This document shows positions 39,240-51,439 of a DNA stretch of 64,000 nucleotides, one piece after another (position 1 is the stretch's first letter; each line of letters begins with the position of its first letter). Under the pieces are notes generated by a model. The model made no database searches, was not told the DNA's origin, and saw nothing but the letters and a program-made list of their open reading frames with translations. Position numbers and translations under genes: made by a program. The DNA is from Utricularia gibba (taxonomy: Eukaryota; Plantae; Magnoliophyta), in assembly GCA_002189035.1 (NCBI GenBank), contig NEEC01000002.1, forward strand, positions 5,270,001 through 5,334,000. The letters run 5' to 3'.

Positions 39240-42200
39240 ATGATTTTACGAACGCCTCCACCAAAGAAGAGAAGGGGGTGGAATTGAAGTTGTTGGAAGA
39301 TGATTGCGGCAACCATGGACCGAGTACTTGTTCAAGCAAGCAGATACAGGTTTATGAGGGTGCGCATGGGCACCCCGAGTCTTCGCAGGAACATTCACTT
39401 CCGATCGTATCCGACCAGATGCTCTGTACGTACCAATGCCGTCAGATGGTACGCGTGTTTGGAAGATATTGTTTTGGGGTTTGAGATTCGTCTAATGAGT
39501 GAAAATGAATGATTCTCATGAGTATATTTTATATTTTTTGTATGGAGTGTGCCAGTATTTATGCGTTGGCTCCCCTGAGGATTAAAACCAACACGTTTGA
39601 TTTTTCCTGATAATTTTTTCCTGTTTTTTTGTGTCATTGGTTACGGTGCATGGATACTTATCACGGTTCCTTGTCGTTGGAATAATATGCTGATTCAATT
39701 GTTAATGTGTGACTTTGAAATTCCACTGTTTTAGGTGAAGTCAGAGTTTTTTGATGCGTTAAGCAGCGCAGAAAAGCAGGTGGGCGATTATAAATCTAAG
39801 TATGAGGCATTGAATGAAGAGTTCTCGAAAGTAGGTATGATCTTGCTAAGTCTTTGTGGGCGATTACAATCTAGCTCTCCAATATAAATTTCACTGCTCA
39901 CAAAAAAAGAAATTAACTTCTGAGTCTCCATACGCATGTCATGCTGTAGAATCATAATGTTGTATCACATATGGCTTCCAACAGAATCTGAGAGGAAGAA
40001 ATTTTGTGATAAATTTCTCAATGCTGAGCAAGAACTGGCTGCTGCTAAAGGACGTGAACAGATGCTGCGTGATCAGCTTAAGAAAGAAACTGATTTTTGC
40101 CATGAGCAGCTAAAATATCAAATAAAATCGTATAGTGATCTTGAGGTATGACTGTCATGTTTAATGTTATCAGGGTTTTGTAAGATGTATTTTCATGGCA
40201 GTTTAGTATCGTTCATCCAATCATAGTTCCCATAAAGTTGATACTATCCATGATTGGGAATTCAAAAAATCATCTTCCTATTTCTCCAGGTAAGATTTCG
40301 AAATGAGATGGATCTCCGTAAAAAGGCAGAGTCTTCTGCTGCGAAAGCTGCAGATAAAGCCATTATTCTTGAGGAAAAGCTGAATAGTCTGTCAGAAAAT
40401 GCACAGAGGGAAAAAGCCCGCCTCCAAAATGAGCTTGCTCACTTGAGAAGTGAATCACAACTTTCTGTTAGAAGAATAACTGCTGATGTAAGCCCTGTTT
40501 ATTTTATCATGCTCAAAATCGTATTTGTTGGGGAATCATAATTTTCAGTTTCTTACAGCTTGAGAAAATGGAAATTAGAGCTAAAAATGCAGAAAAACAG
40601 TCTGAGATACTGAGAGAGCAGATTGAAGGCCTTAAAAAGAGACTGGATGAGGTAAACTACCTTATGATTACAAATGTTGCATTTATCTTTATGATTAGAT
40701 GCACTTAACTCTATGCTATTCCCATATTTGAAGCTATCATTCAATATTTTTTCTGCTTTTCTCCTGCAGTCCAAAATCGAACAAAAAATACCCATCAAGT
40801 TCCCAGAGCCACCTTCTTCAGACATGAGTTTGCTGGTTAAACACTTGCAAGAAGAGTTGAAGAGCTATGTAAGCATCTAGTTTTTTCCATGATACAATGC
40901 TTGTTTTGAGGATATTCTTTTTATATTTGAAGCAGGTTAAATATTAGAAGCAAGGGAAACTTGCGATTAGACCATTTTTTAGATGTTTTTTTATCAATTT
41001 TTTTCTTCATCATTGATCGTGATAATATGGGTACTTATGCTTGGTAGGATCTCTTCTTGCATGCCCGTAATGGTTTAATGTGTAGCTAGATTTTGTGATC
41101 CTGTAAGCGAGTTATTCTTGGTGTGAGAAGCATGTAAATTAGAGGTTGTAGATTTTTTTTTCTTTTCCAATGCTGTCCATCTTTGATCTGCCAAAGAATA
41201 TTTTTCTTATCATCGTTCAAATTTGATGGTTATCACATTGGTGATCTGCTTGTTATTCACATATAATAGAATGACGTTATTGGTGATCTAATTGTTTTAT
41301 CATGCAGGAATATGAAGTGAGAGAAGCAAAAAAGCTAAAGGCATCCCATGAAGGGATTGAGTTATTGAGAGAGAAATTGTATGAAGAAAAGACCCGCACG
41401 GAGAGAGCTGAGCATGATCTGCTTAAATTACCTGAGCTCCAGATAACTGTCACTAAGTTACGAGATGAGCTGTCTACCTGGAAGTCCCTGACTAATGGAA
41501 TGCCTGGAGTTTCGTCTGCTGATGATTTAATTTGCAAAGTAGCTGCTCTACAGAAGTGCGTATTTCTTCGGAGTTTTTGAATTTACATGCACCAGTATTT
41601 CTTTTGCCAAAGCATACCATCGTGCCATTCTCCAATCTGTTCATTTTACAATGCTCATGTATATCTGTAAATCAGCGTTTCTCCTATTCGGAAAAGAAAT
41701 GTGCTCACTTCTTGTTTAATGAAAACGTATTGAGAATTCAAAAGACCTTTTCCTGCTGCCTAAGTTTTTTCTGATTGTCATGCCACTGTGTCATCTTTTA
41801 TGGAGGCCGTCTCACAGTTTTATTTAAGCATATGCAGAGAGGTTATTGATAACATGACGAGAGCAGGTGATGCTCAGGCACGTGTTAAAGAAATCCAAGT
41901 TGCCCTTGATGCAGCGGTGCTTCAGAAGCAAAGTGCTGAGACTGAGGCTGCAATGGCGAGAGAGAATGCAGAGTCATGTAAAGCTGAAGCAAAAAATCTG
42001 GAGTTGATGGTTAGTGCATAGTGCATAAGTTTTACTAATGCATGATTCAAAAGTTTCAAGATACTGAAGTTTTAATGCATCTTTTCTTAAAGTAGTAATA
42101 TATGTGTTCCATATATATTTCTCGTAAATTCTGAGACTGGAGGCCACATCCTCTGCCTGTTCCACATAAGATGTTCCAGTATTTTATTAATGCATTATTC

Positions 42201-44395
42201 TATTTGTTCTTTTTTATTGGTGAAGGTTGGTTTGCTTAAAGATGAAAGAGATAGCTTGAAAAAACTGATTAACTCCGAGAATAAAGATCATGGGCTTGAA
42301 TCATCCCATTCCAAGAAAGAACAGTATGTAAAAGAGCTGGAGAAAAGCTTGGTAGAGGCAAAAGAATCTTGTAGCCGCCAGCAAGATGAGATAAAATTGC
42401 TTAATGGGAGGTTGACTGATGAGGTCAAGCAAATCAAGATGCTGGAGAGAGAAGGAGACCGCCTGCGTGCAGAGATCTCTTTGTTGGAGTTCAAGGTTTG
42501 CCTTCAGTACTCTACAATTTTGTCTTGTTGTATGTCTTCTGTTCGTGAGCGTTTTTTCATTTCTATCTCATGCTTGCGCAATGCTTTCATCAGTTGGTTG
42601 TCTTTTAATTATGTGTTTTTTTTTTCGATTGATTTGTAATATGGAAGGTTGTTTTAAAAGCCTAAATGCATGTATTCATTAGAGATTGTGATGCCTCCTT
42701 AATTTGTCTCATTCTTTTGCAGATTGGTCATGGAGATTTTTCCTCTGCTAACACAAAAGTATTACGGATGGTCAACACCCTTACTGTTGAAAATGAGACA
42801 AAGCGAACGATAGAAGCTCTTCAATATGAGCTGCAGAACACAAAGGAAAAGTTGCAGGCCGCTGAAGAGCTTAAAAAGCAGTCACGTAAGAAAGATTAGT
42901 TTTTTTTTCTTGAATTAAAAAGCTTTCATCATCGTCTTGCATGCCATCTATGTTTTTTTGGTGGATTGGCGAAATTCTGGTAGCTGTTTCTGTACACTGA
43001 AGCATCTCTGGGGATTATGTTGTTTTCTTAAGGTTATTTTTCTAATAGTCCCTCTCAGGTAGCCTATGGTGCCCATTTAAGGGAGATGATTGTTATACTG
43101 GTGTGATCCAGGCTAATTTTTGTTCATGATACTCCTTTGATGCATTTTCTTGAAAGAGTCATGCAAAGATTTATATTTTTACTGATGATTGGATTCCTGT
43201 GACGGTCCATAAGCTCTTTTTTAATGCCATTCTTAGCAGCTGATGCTGGCACACTCGTTGATTCTCATGTTGTTGGAACCATTAAGCAGCTTAAAGAGAA
43301 AATTGCAACACTAGAGAAACGCGAAGAAAGGTGAGCATGTCCAATTTATCGACTTTTTTTCCCTTTAGCATGTAACTTCTTGGAGGTATGTGATGAACAG
43401 ATATAAGACAGTTTTCGCCGAAAGGATTTCTGTCTTTAGAAGGGCATGCTGTGAACTCTTCGGTTACAAGGTGTCACTACTTTTTTATTATTTCTATGCG
43501 ATATTATAAAATGGCGTCCATTTTCTCCTTTTTCTTGAGGCATCGTTTCATGTCTTGAATGCGGGAGTCTCTTATCTTATAACTGCATATGCTGCAGATC
43601 ATAATGGATGATCACCTGCGAGCCGATGGTATCCCTGTCACACGATTTACTCTCGTATCCATTTATGCCCTGAATGAAGACGAAAAGCTTCTGTTTGACT
43701 ATGAATCAGGCAACACGACTCTTGTGGTAAGAGCATGCATAATTTCCTTTCCTTAGTGATGATTAGCCCATTGTCAAACTGAAGATCAGGATAAGACTGC
43801 AATCCATTCCTTTTATTACATTTTGTTGGGTTCTACTGTAGTCAACCTCTCATATTTCTTCTCATGTTCCCATCAGTATAATTTCTGAAAACGCTGTGGT
43901 AGCAGCAGCCATTGTCATGTGTGGATAGAGTTCTAGTAAATCTTTACTTCCGATTATCAGTCACTCAGCATTCTATAAAAATGTCAGGTCAATGGTTACA
44001 CCTCACAACCTGAAGTATCTCGGCAGGTATAATTTATGATCACTTTCCTATCTATGTGGGAAAGTAGAAAACCCGGGGTCATATAGAATCTTTTCCTGAT
44101 CTAAATAGACGTTTTAACTTGAGATACCCGAGTGCGGTGGTTGACCGAATTCTACTTAAGATTCCATGTATACACTGAGCCGTTGGTGTGCGGGGTGATT
44201 TGTAATAAAACAAATAAGCATGGTTTCAACGAGGAATCATGATTGTATATTGCCTTCATACCAAGTCTTTTGAGTGGGCTCATATTTCCGTCATTTTGTT
44301 TGCAGGTTGATGTTTTTATCAAGAAGATGAATTCAATTCCTGCTTTCACAGCAAATTTGACCATGGAATCTTTCAACAAGCGCACTCTCTCTTGA
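39240..44395 (+). CDS. MAD1: Mitotic spindle checkpoint protein MAD1
   Basis: MILRTPPPKKRR, LCTYQCRQM, coiled-coil exons, GHGDFSSANTKVLRMVNTL, LEKREERYKTVFA, CELFGYK and C-terminal NSIPAFTANLTMESFNKRTL. Multi-exon, GT-AG. Confidence 0.96.
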
Positions 44396-45121
44396 AGGTT
44401 CAATGTGCTGTTACAGTAAGCCCTTTGTTTATATATTTCAAGTTACATGAAGCCAGCACGTATTTGAGTAACTCAGTTTTCATTCACTTGCTCCCTTACG
44501 AGCCATGCTTTTTCTTCTGCTAGAAACGCTCACCCACAAACTCTACACTATCCAAGAATCAAACCATTCAACTTCAACCCCTGCCCCGGTACTCTCTTCA
44601 TCCGGGCGGGTGTTTGGTGTTTTTAAAATGTGTTTTGTATGGTATTTCAATATTAACGAAAAAGCTATTCTATCTTAAACTAGTTTTTAATATCTGATAC
44701 CATTGATATAATTGATCTTCAATATTTGATGCATCAAATATATTTAATTCCAAACTTTAACATATCAAAAAAACTAGTTTTTAATATCAAAAAAACTAGT
44801 CTTCAATTTACGTTGTTCGAATATTTAACACAACGGATTTCTATGATTCTAAAGTTCATATGATAAAATTGGTTTTTGAGTTAAATTAGCATCACATATC
44901 TTCATTATTTTTATAATGGTAAAATTAATCTACAATAATGGTTGGAGCTTTAATAAAAATACCAGTTTTTTACATAATGGGGATTGGAAGCTCAATTATT
45001 AAATAATGAGATTTATCCATGCAATTTTCTCGTTTTTAAAATTAGACTGTTTTGGGCCAGGGCCGAGCCCATACTAAAACTCGGTACAAGTATTGGTTTA
45101 GGCTCTTGGGATGGCGGCCCA

Positions 45122-45903
45122 ATGGGGGACTCGGATGCTTGCTCCCGGGGGAACCACCAATCACGGCGGCGGATATGCACCACCGGATGCGGCCGTCCAG
45201 AGAACGTCTGCCTCTGCAGATTCCTACCTGAAAGTCCTCTCCAGACAGCGACCAGGTTAGTCATTCTCCACCATCCGCATGAGCAACGCCACCGGCTAGC
45301 CACCGTTCCCCTTCTCGCCAAGTGCCTCCAAAATTGCGAAATCATCGTCGGCCGGAAATTGAAGTACGGTTCTTCCAGGACACTTGATTCGCTACACGAT
45401 CGAGCTCGGGATTCCCCAATCACTCGAGCCTTATATCTCTTCCCTGGTCAGATCCCCCCTACAATCATTCTCTTCCTAGGGTTCACAAATAAAGCAGCAT
45501 TGCCTTCTCTACAGGCCCGAATGCTCAGCCGCTCCGCGAAATCCACCCGGCGTCTACCGCCCATCCCAGCGGTGATCCACGTGTTTTAATCGTGTTCGAC
45601 GGGACCTGGAATCACGCCAAGGAAATGGCCGCCGCGAGCGCACCTTTTCTGTCGGAGTTCGCCACTGAAGCCTGCTTGGAGTTCGACCGCGGCGTCGATG
45701 GAGGTACCATTTTCGACTCGGAGTTGACGCTGAGGAGGGAGCCATTTGCAGGGTGCATGAGCACGATGGAGGCCGTCGCCAGGGCTTTGAGAGTTCTGGA
45801 ACCAAACAACGGAGTGGAGGTCGAGACCAGAATTGTTGAGGTTCTAAGAGCCATGGTCAGGTTCCAAGCGCGCTTCTTGAACCTGCGCACGGCCAACAAC
45901 TAG
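45122..45903 (+). CDS. DTW-domain protein (tRNA-uridine aminocarboxypropyltransferase, DTWD2-like)
   Basis: Exons 45122-45446 and 45515-45903 (68-nt intron). Motifs CxxGCGRPxxVCLC, LHHPHE, LYLFPG, VFDGTW (DXTW) and STMEAVARAL. Confidence 0.92.
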
Positions 45904-46746
45904 TTTCAAATGTCCAATTTCTATAACCTTTTAATTTTAAAACTATTGGAAGTAATTTAATATAAAAAATTATGTTTATTTTAATTTAATTGATTCTGTT
46001 TGTTGAAAAATATTTTTAATAAAATAAAAATTAGATTTGTACAAGTTTTTAAAAATAAAAAACATTTTTAAATTTATGTTTTTTTAGAATAAAATCTCAT
46101 CATATTTGATAACACAATTATTTTAAAAATATAATTATCTCAAACATTATTTTATGTATTTTGCTAGAGCTTTTTTCTGTCATTTGGGGGCAGTTTCGTA
46201 TTTCTCCAACAAAGCTGATCCTCTTCTATTTGGGCCGAGTGAGGTCCGTACAGTCCGCCCATTGAGTTTCGGGCCCAATACTTGAAGAATTGATTCGCTT
46301 TCTTCGATAAACCCTTAAATTTACAGTGGGTTCTTCTTCCATGCCATTTCCAGCAACAGAACACTCCAGTCCAAGAGCAGGAGAAGAGTCAGTCGTATGA
46401 TGAGTATTTGTGAGCGTTTCTTCATATGCCTTCCCTGCTCTTTATTGTTCATAAAGGTTTTCTATTCGTGTGACTTTGCGGTGATGCTGAACTCTCGACG
46501 TTTGTGATGTAAATGAGCATGATTTTTCGGTTTTAGGATGTCGGTTAGTTCCTGTAAAAAAATTGTATGGAGTTTGGAAGATTAGTGACTTCTATAACTT
46601 CTGTGCAGATTATTAATGCTTCCAATTGATTTGCACTGATATGGAGTTTGGAAGATTCAAAAGATGTGTTTATTTGTAAACTGCGGGCACTGGATATCCG
46701 TAGATTGGGATTCTATTTTTTTTTTTTCGGAATCTTGTGATCAGAA

Positions 46747-49086
46747 ATGCTCCAATCCAGGCTTTTCTGCACCATTGATACGGCTGTGGATAGAAGGCTC
46801 TGGGAGGAGCTCCGGAAGATCATAGTCCTCATCCAGGAAAATCGAATAGAAACTGTGAAAAGCAGTCTCCGGGGCCTCATTCCTTTGCACACAGCCTCAC
46901 AGCTCGTTGGCACCTTCTCTAAGTGTACGCCACCACAGAAGACAAAACCAGTTTTCTGTGACTCCCTTTTGACTGTTTATGCTGAACTAAAGCGCCTGGA
47001 AGATGCACATGAGTTGTACAGATTGGTGAGGTCTGATGGTAATTTCCCTTCGCCATCCGCTTTCAATATTTTTTTAGGCTGTTTGGTGGCTTTGGGCCAA
47101 TGTGATAGGGCTCTGGATGTCTTTTCTGGTGCTCTGGGTGCTGGTATATGGTTGAATAGAAGTAGCTACGAAAAAGCCATAGAAGCTTCTGTAAAATTGG
47201 GGGATATGCAGAAGGGGTTAGATTTTTTTAAGCTTATGAAAAGAGGTGGGGCCAGGCCATCATCGTTTGTGTACAATGTTTTGCTTCGAGGGTTGTGCAA
47301 GGAGATGAGAGTTGATGATGCAATGAAGCTGTTTGATGAAATGATCAATAAGAATATTAAACCTACTGCAGTTACGTATAATATCCTTATCGATGGGTGC
47401 TGTAAATCTGAGGATATGAAGAGGGCATTTGATTTGAAAGAAAAGATGAAAGGTGGCAATTTGGGGCCGAGTATCATCACGTATAACACGCTGCTCAAGG
47501 GGCTTTTTCGAATTGGCAGAATAGAAGAGGCAAATAATATTTTGAAGGAAATGAATTCCTGTGGCATTTTTCCTGACAAGTACACACATACCATTATGTT
47601 CGAGGGCTATTCTAAACATGGGGATGTGGAGGCCTCGTTGGAATCGTACGAGGATGCATTGGGGAGAGGCTTAGCGATAAATGAGCATTCATTTCTCAGT
47701 CTGATAAATAAATTATGCAAGGATGGCAAAATGGAAAAAGCCGAGGAGTTTTTAACAAACATAAATAACCATGACCTTGTTATGTCTGATGTTGCCTGGA
47801 ACACTGTGGTGCATGGATACTGCAAATCTGGGAATGTTTCCAGAGCTCTTATGCTGATTGAAAAAATGGAAAATGACGGTGTGAAGCCCAGCTCTATTAC
47901 GTATCATACTTTGATCTGCAAGTTTAATGAGTTGGGGCAGATTGATCAAGTGAATCAGTTAATCCAGAAGATGAAGGCAAGAGGGATTGCTCCTGAATTG
48001 CGAACTTATAACATATTAGCAAATGTTTATGCTCACAGGGGTCAGCTTGAAAATTGCTTAGAGCTCCTTGGGCTAATTGAAGCAGATGGCTTAAAGCCAA
48101 ATGTTGTCACATATGGATCTCTAATAAACGGCTTCTGCAAGAACCATAAACTGAAAGAAGCTGCACTTATGTTCGAGGATATGTTGAATAGAGGAGTGTC
48201 TCCAAATGTGCAAATATACAATATGCTTATGGATGGCCATTGCTCCATAGGAAACATCGATGATGCATTTCAGTTGTTGAAGGAGATGAAGGTAAATCAT
48301 GTAGCACCAACTAGTGTGACATACAATGTACTCGTAAATGGATTGATCAAACAGGGAAAATTTGCAGAAGCAGAGGAATTAGCCTTTAGCATGAAGGATA
48401 AAGGTGCAAGTCCAGATTTGGTCACTTATAACTCCTTAATATCTGGATTTGCTAAAGCAGGAGACCTACAAAAGTCAGTAGAATTATATGCAATGCTTAA
48501 GAATGCTGGCTTTAAGCCCACCTTATACACCTATCATCCTTTGATTAGAGTATGCCGGAAAGGTGGACTAGATCACATGGAGAACATTTTTGAGGAATTG
48601 GCGCATGCAGACGTCACTCCTGATTTGATCATATATAACGAGCTTATTTTTGGTTACATACAATATGGAGAGCTTGAAAAGGCGAATGCCCTTCACACTG
48701 AGATGCTGAGAAAGAGTATAAATCCAGATAAAACCACTTACAACAGCTTCATCCAGGGGTTCTTAGACAAAGGGAATACACAGGAAGCAAAAAGTCTTTT
48801 TGAGGACATGGTTAGAAAAGGCATATTACCAAATGATCAAACTTTTAATCTACTAATTGAAGGGCATTGCAAGTCAAAGGATCATGATAGTGCATACCTA
48901 TGGTACAGAAAAATGTTGGAGGCCGGTTTTTTTCCGTGTATTTCTGCATGCAATATGCTCATTTCCTGTCTGCAAGAAGAGAACAGACACAAGGAAGTCG
49001 AAATTATATGCTCCGAAATGGTTATCAAGGGAGTCGCTTCTTCCAGTTCAAGTGAAATGGTTCAAGAAGAAGCTTCTGTGGTCTAG
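46747..49086 (+). CDS. P-class pentatricopeptide repeat protein, probably mitochondrial (At5g12100-like)
   Basis: 779-aa ORF of tandem 35-aa PPR motifs (e.g. VTYNILIDGCCK, VTYGSLINGFCK) with no E or DYW domain. The short N-terminus resembles a presequence. Confidence 0.95.
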   Translation: MLQSRLFCTIDTAVDRRLWEELRKIIVLIQENRIETVKSSLRGLIPLHTASQLVGTFSKCTPPQKTKPVFCDSLLTVYAELKRLEDAHELYRLVRSDGNFPSPSAFNIFLGCLVALGQCDRALDVFSGALGAGIWLNRSSYEKAIEASVKLGDMQKGLDFFKLMKRGGARPSSFVYNVLLRGLCKEMRVDDAMKLFDEMINKNIKPTAVTYNILIDGCCKSEDMKRAFDLKEKMKGGNLGPSIITYNTLLKGLFRIGRIEEANNILKEMNSCGIFPDKYTHTIMFEGYSKHGDVEASLESYEDALGRGLAINEHSFLSLINKLCKDGKMEKAEEFLTNINNHDLVMSDVAWNTVVHGYCKSGNVSRALMLIEKMENDGVKPSSITYHTLICKFNELGQIDQVNQLIQKMKARGIAPELRTYNILANVYAHRGQLENCLELLGLIEADGLKPNVVTYGSLINGFCKNHKLKEAALMFEDMLNRGVSPNVQIYNMLMDGHCSIGNIDDAFQLLKEMKVNHVAPTSVTYNVLVNGLIKQGKFAEAEELAFSMKDKGASPDLVTYNSLISGFAKAGDLQKSVELYAMLKNAGFKPTLYTYHPLIRVCRKGGLDHMENIFEELAHADVTPDLIIYNELIFGYIQYGELEKANALHTEMLRKSINPDKTTYNSFIQGFLDKGNTQEAKSLFEDMVRKGILPNDQTFNLLIEGHCKSKDHDSAYLWYRKMLEAGFFPCISACNMLISCLQEENRHKEVEIICSEMVIKGVASSSSSEMVQEEASVV

Positions 49087-49669
49087 CCCCCCAGAGCTGG
49101 TATTGTTATTAACCACTGTGAACTTCGGGCTTGCTCTCTCCCACAAAAAGCTGCTAGGAGCTGGGCAACCACAGCCTAGTCCGATATGAAACTCCTCCCG
49201 CTTATGTTCGTTTCAGTTTAAAGATGGAGAAGGGCCTCCATATTTCACTTTGCAGCATACGTGCTGAGGGGCGTTGTATAGCTGTTATTGCAAAAGGAAC
49301 AGTCTCTTTTTATAGCTTGCAGATGCACTACTAAGGGTGTGCATTCAGAGCCGCAGCCACATCATAAGCGGTGTCAAAGTAGGGGTTTGAGCCTGTGAGC
49401 ATGCATGTTCACATTTCAAATGAGGAGCATGTTGCCTAATGAATTTTTTTAACAATATAGTAGGCATATTTGTCTGTTTTTCTACCTTTATAATGTAATG
49501 AAATTGCAATGTTGAGTTCAGTTCTCAGCTTCCTTTAGTAGTTCAGGTAAGGTTAAAGATTACTGCCAAAATGTTGATTCGGTACATATTCCAGAGCATG
49601 CAGTACACACACACAAATGAAGAGCAGAGCAGCAGCATCGCATCGCACATTCACTCATCCATGTCTAGT

Positions 49670-50732
49670 CTAGTGATTCCAATCCGCCCAGTTGGCCTCG
49701 CTGCCGACCCTGGGAATGCTATTCATCCTCTTGTACATGTCCACCTTGAAGTTGGCCCCGCACATCACCCCTTCGCTGTCCACCCGCGGCATCGCCCGCA
49801 TCTCGTTCATCGGGTGCTCGAAGCTCAGCAGCCCGCCCTCGCTGTGGAACACGCACCCTGCGCACCCATTCCATCATCTCATCACCCTCCGAGGTACAGC
49901 AGATGAATATCGAGCTGGATTTGAGAGAAGATACCTGGCGGAAATGGGGCGTAGGAATTGGCACAAGCCCCCTTGATCACTTCTTTGTCATCGGCGATGA
50001 CGACGGAGCCATCCCCTCCGATGCCCCAGTACAGCTTCAGTGCCCCATCAGCCCCCTGATCCAATCCCCACACTCTCAGTACAGTGCAGTAGGAGTTAGG
50101 ATGTGTGTGCTACGTGAAAAAATATAGACGACGACGTACGAGGGCAACGAAGACCGTCGGAGACTTGGCGTCGTACAGCACGAAGGCGAAGGTGCCGTCG
50201 AAGTCGCGAAGGACCTGGTCCACCGGGTACGGCCCGCGGTCCCTCAGCGTCCGGTAGGCCTCGATCACCACCATCGCTTCGTTCGCGTTTTTGCCCAGGC
50301 CATACTGCTTCATCTGGCCGCTCAGGTTGTTCAGACTCCCCATGAAGATGCAGTACATATCATCGTACCCGCAGAAATACCTTAAACAAATCAAACTCTA
50401 AGAATTATTAATCAAGAAAAAAAAATCAAAAAAGGTTTCCAACACTGGCCAGCATTACCCATCAGCTCTGCAAGAACAAACAATCGAGACCTTTAGTTTC
50501 TTTATAACTATTTTTTGTTTTACCTTGGAGTTAAGGAGTGGGGAGTTGCGGTTGTGTAGGCAAGAAGGGCCGCATTCGAAGGCTTGACTGCGAATGAGTT
50601 ATTGGGGTTGGAGCCCAGGAAGTCGCGGAGGGTTTCTTCCGGAAGCTTCTTCGGGTTGCTGTTGCCGGCGGATGCTGGGCTTCGGAGCTCCGACGGCGGA
50701 TTCGCCACCGCCTCCTCGAATATCGCCAACAT
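49670..50732 (-). CDS. Stem-specific protein TSJT1 / Wali7-like (DUF3700, Ntn-fold), 252 aa
   Basis: Exons 50524-50732, 50140-50380, 49935-50055 and 49670-49857. Motifs MLAIF..AVANPPSELRSP, NEAMVVIEAYRTLRDRGPYP, LYWGI, SFEHP and PRVDSEGVMCGANFKVD. Confidence 0.94.
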
Positions 50733-50802
50733 TTCTGCTTCTTCTTCTTGTTGCTGTTCCAAAATCCAAAAAGGTAGAGATCCCCAGAGGGCAGGCTTCC
50801 AG

Positions 50803-51245
50803 CATATAAAGATGCAGAGGGGAAAGAGATGGCGTTCTGGATAAGGATTTGGTCCCCCTTTTGAGTTTATCCATTGCTAATATTCCACGTCACTGTTTGT
50901 CAACCAGGCACCAAAATAAATAAATGTAATTATTATTACAATTTGCAGCCCACAGAGCGGGACACATAGTATCCAGTAGCCGCAGGAAACCCGCTGGTTG
51001 TTTAATTATATTTAAGAAGAAAATAAATGGTGCTTCTTATGGATAATATCTTTCTTTTTTAAAAATTTAATTACAAATGATTTTCATCCAATTTAAGTGA
51101 TTAAATAGTTTTATAAATGAGTTGAACTCATTTTTAGATCTAGTCATCGATTGGAAAATGTTAAACTCAATTATGTTTTATGTTTACATTTGAAAACGTA
51201 GAAAATATTATTTAAATATATTAAATTCATTTCTCCGTTTGGATA
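50803..51245 (-). promoter_or_regulatory. TSJT1-like promoter with four TATCCA elements and a TGACGTGG bZIP box
   Basis: TATCCA/TGGATA at 50838, 50868, 51040 and 51240; CCACGTCA near 50885; TATA-like sequence near 50805. Confidence 0.45.
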
Positions 51246-51439
51246 AATAGGTAACTCGTAACTTAGAAATGGTAAAAATCGTAATTAATTTATTGATGAA
51301 ATTACAAGCAACTTATAAATAATTATAAAATAAATTCAAGTTTCAAATAATTTAATACATAAATTCAAACATACAGTTTTTACGATACATATTATGACCA
51401 AAAGTCAAAAGTAAGTTCATAAATTATTATTCAATCTAA

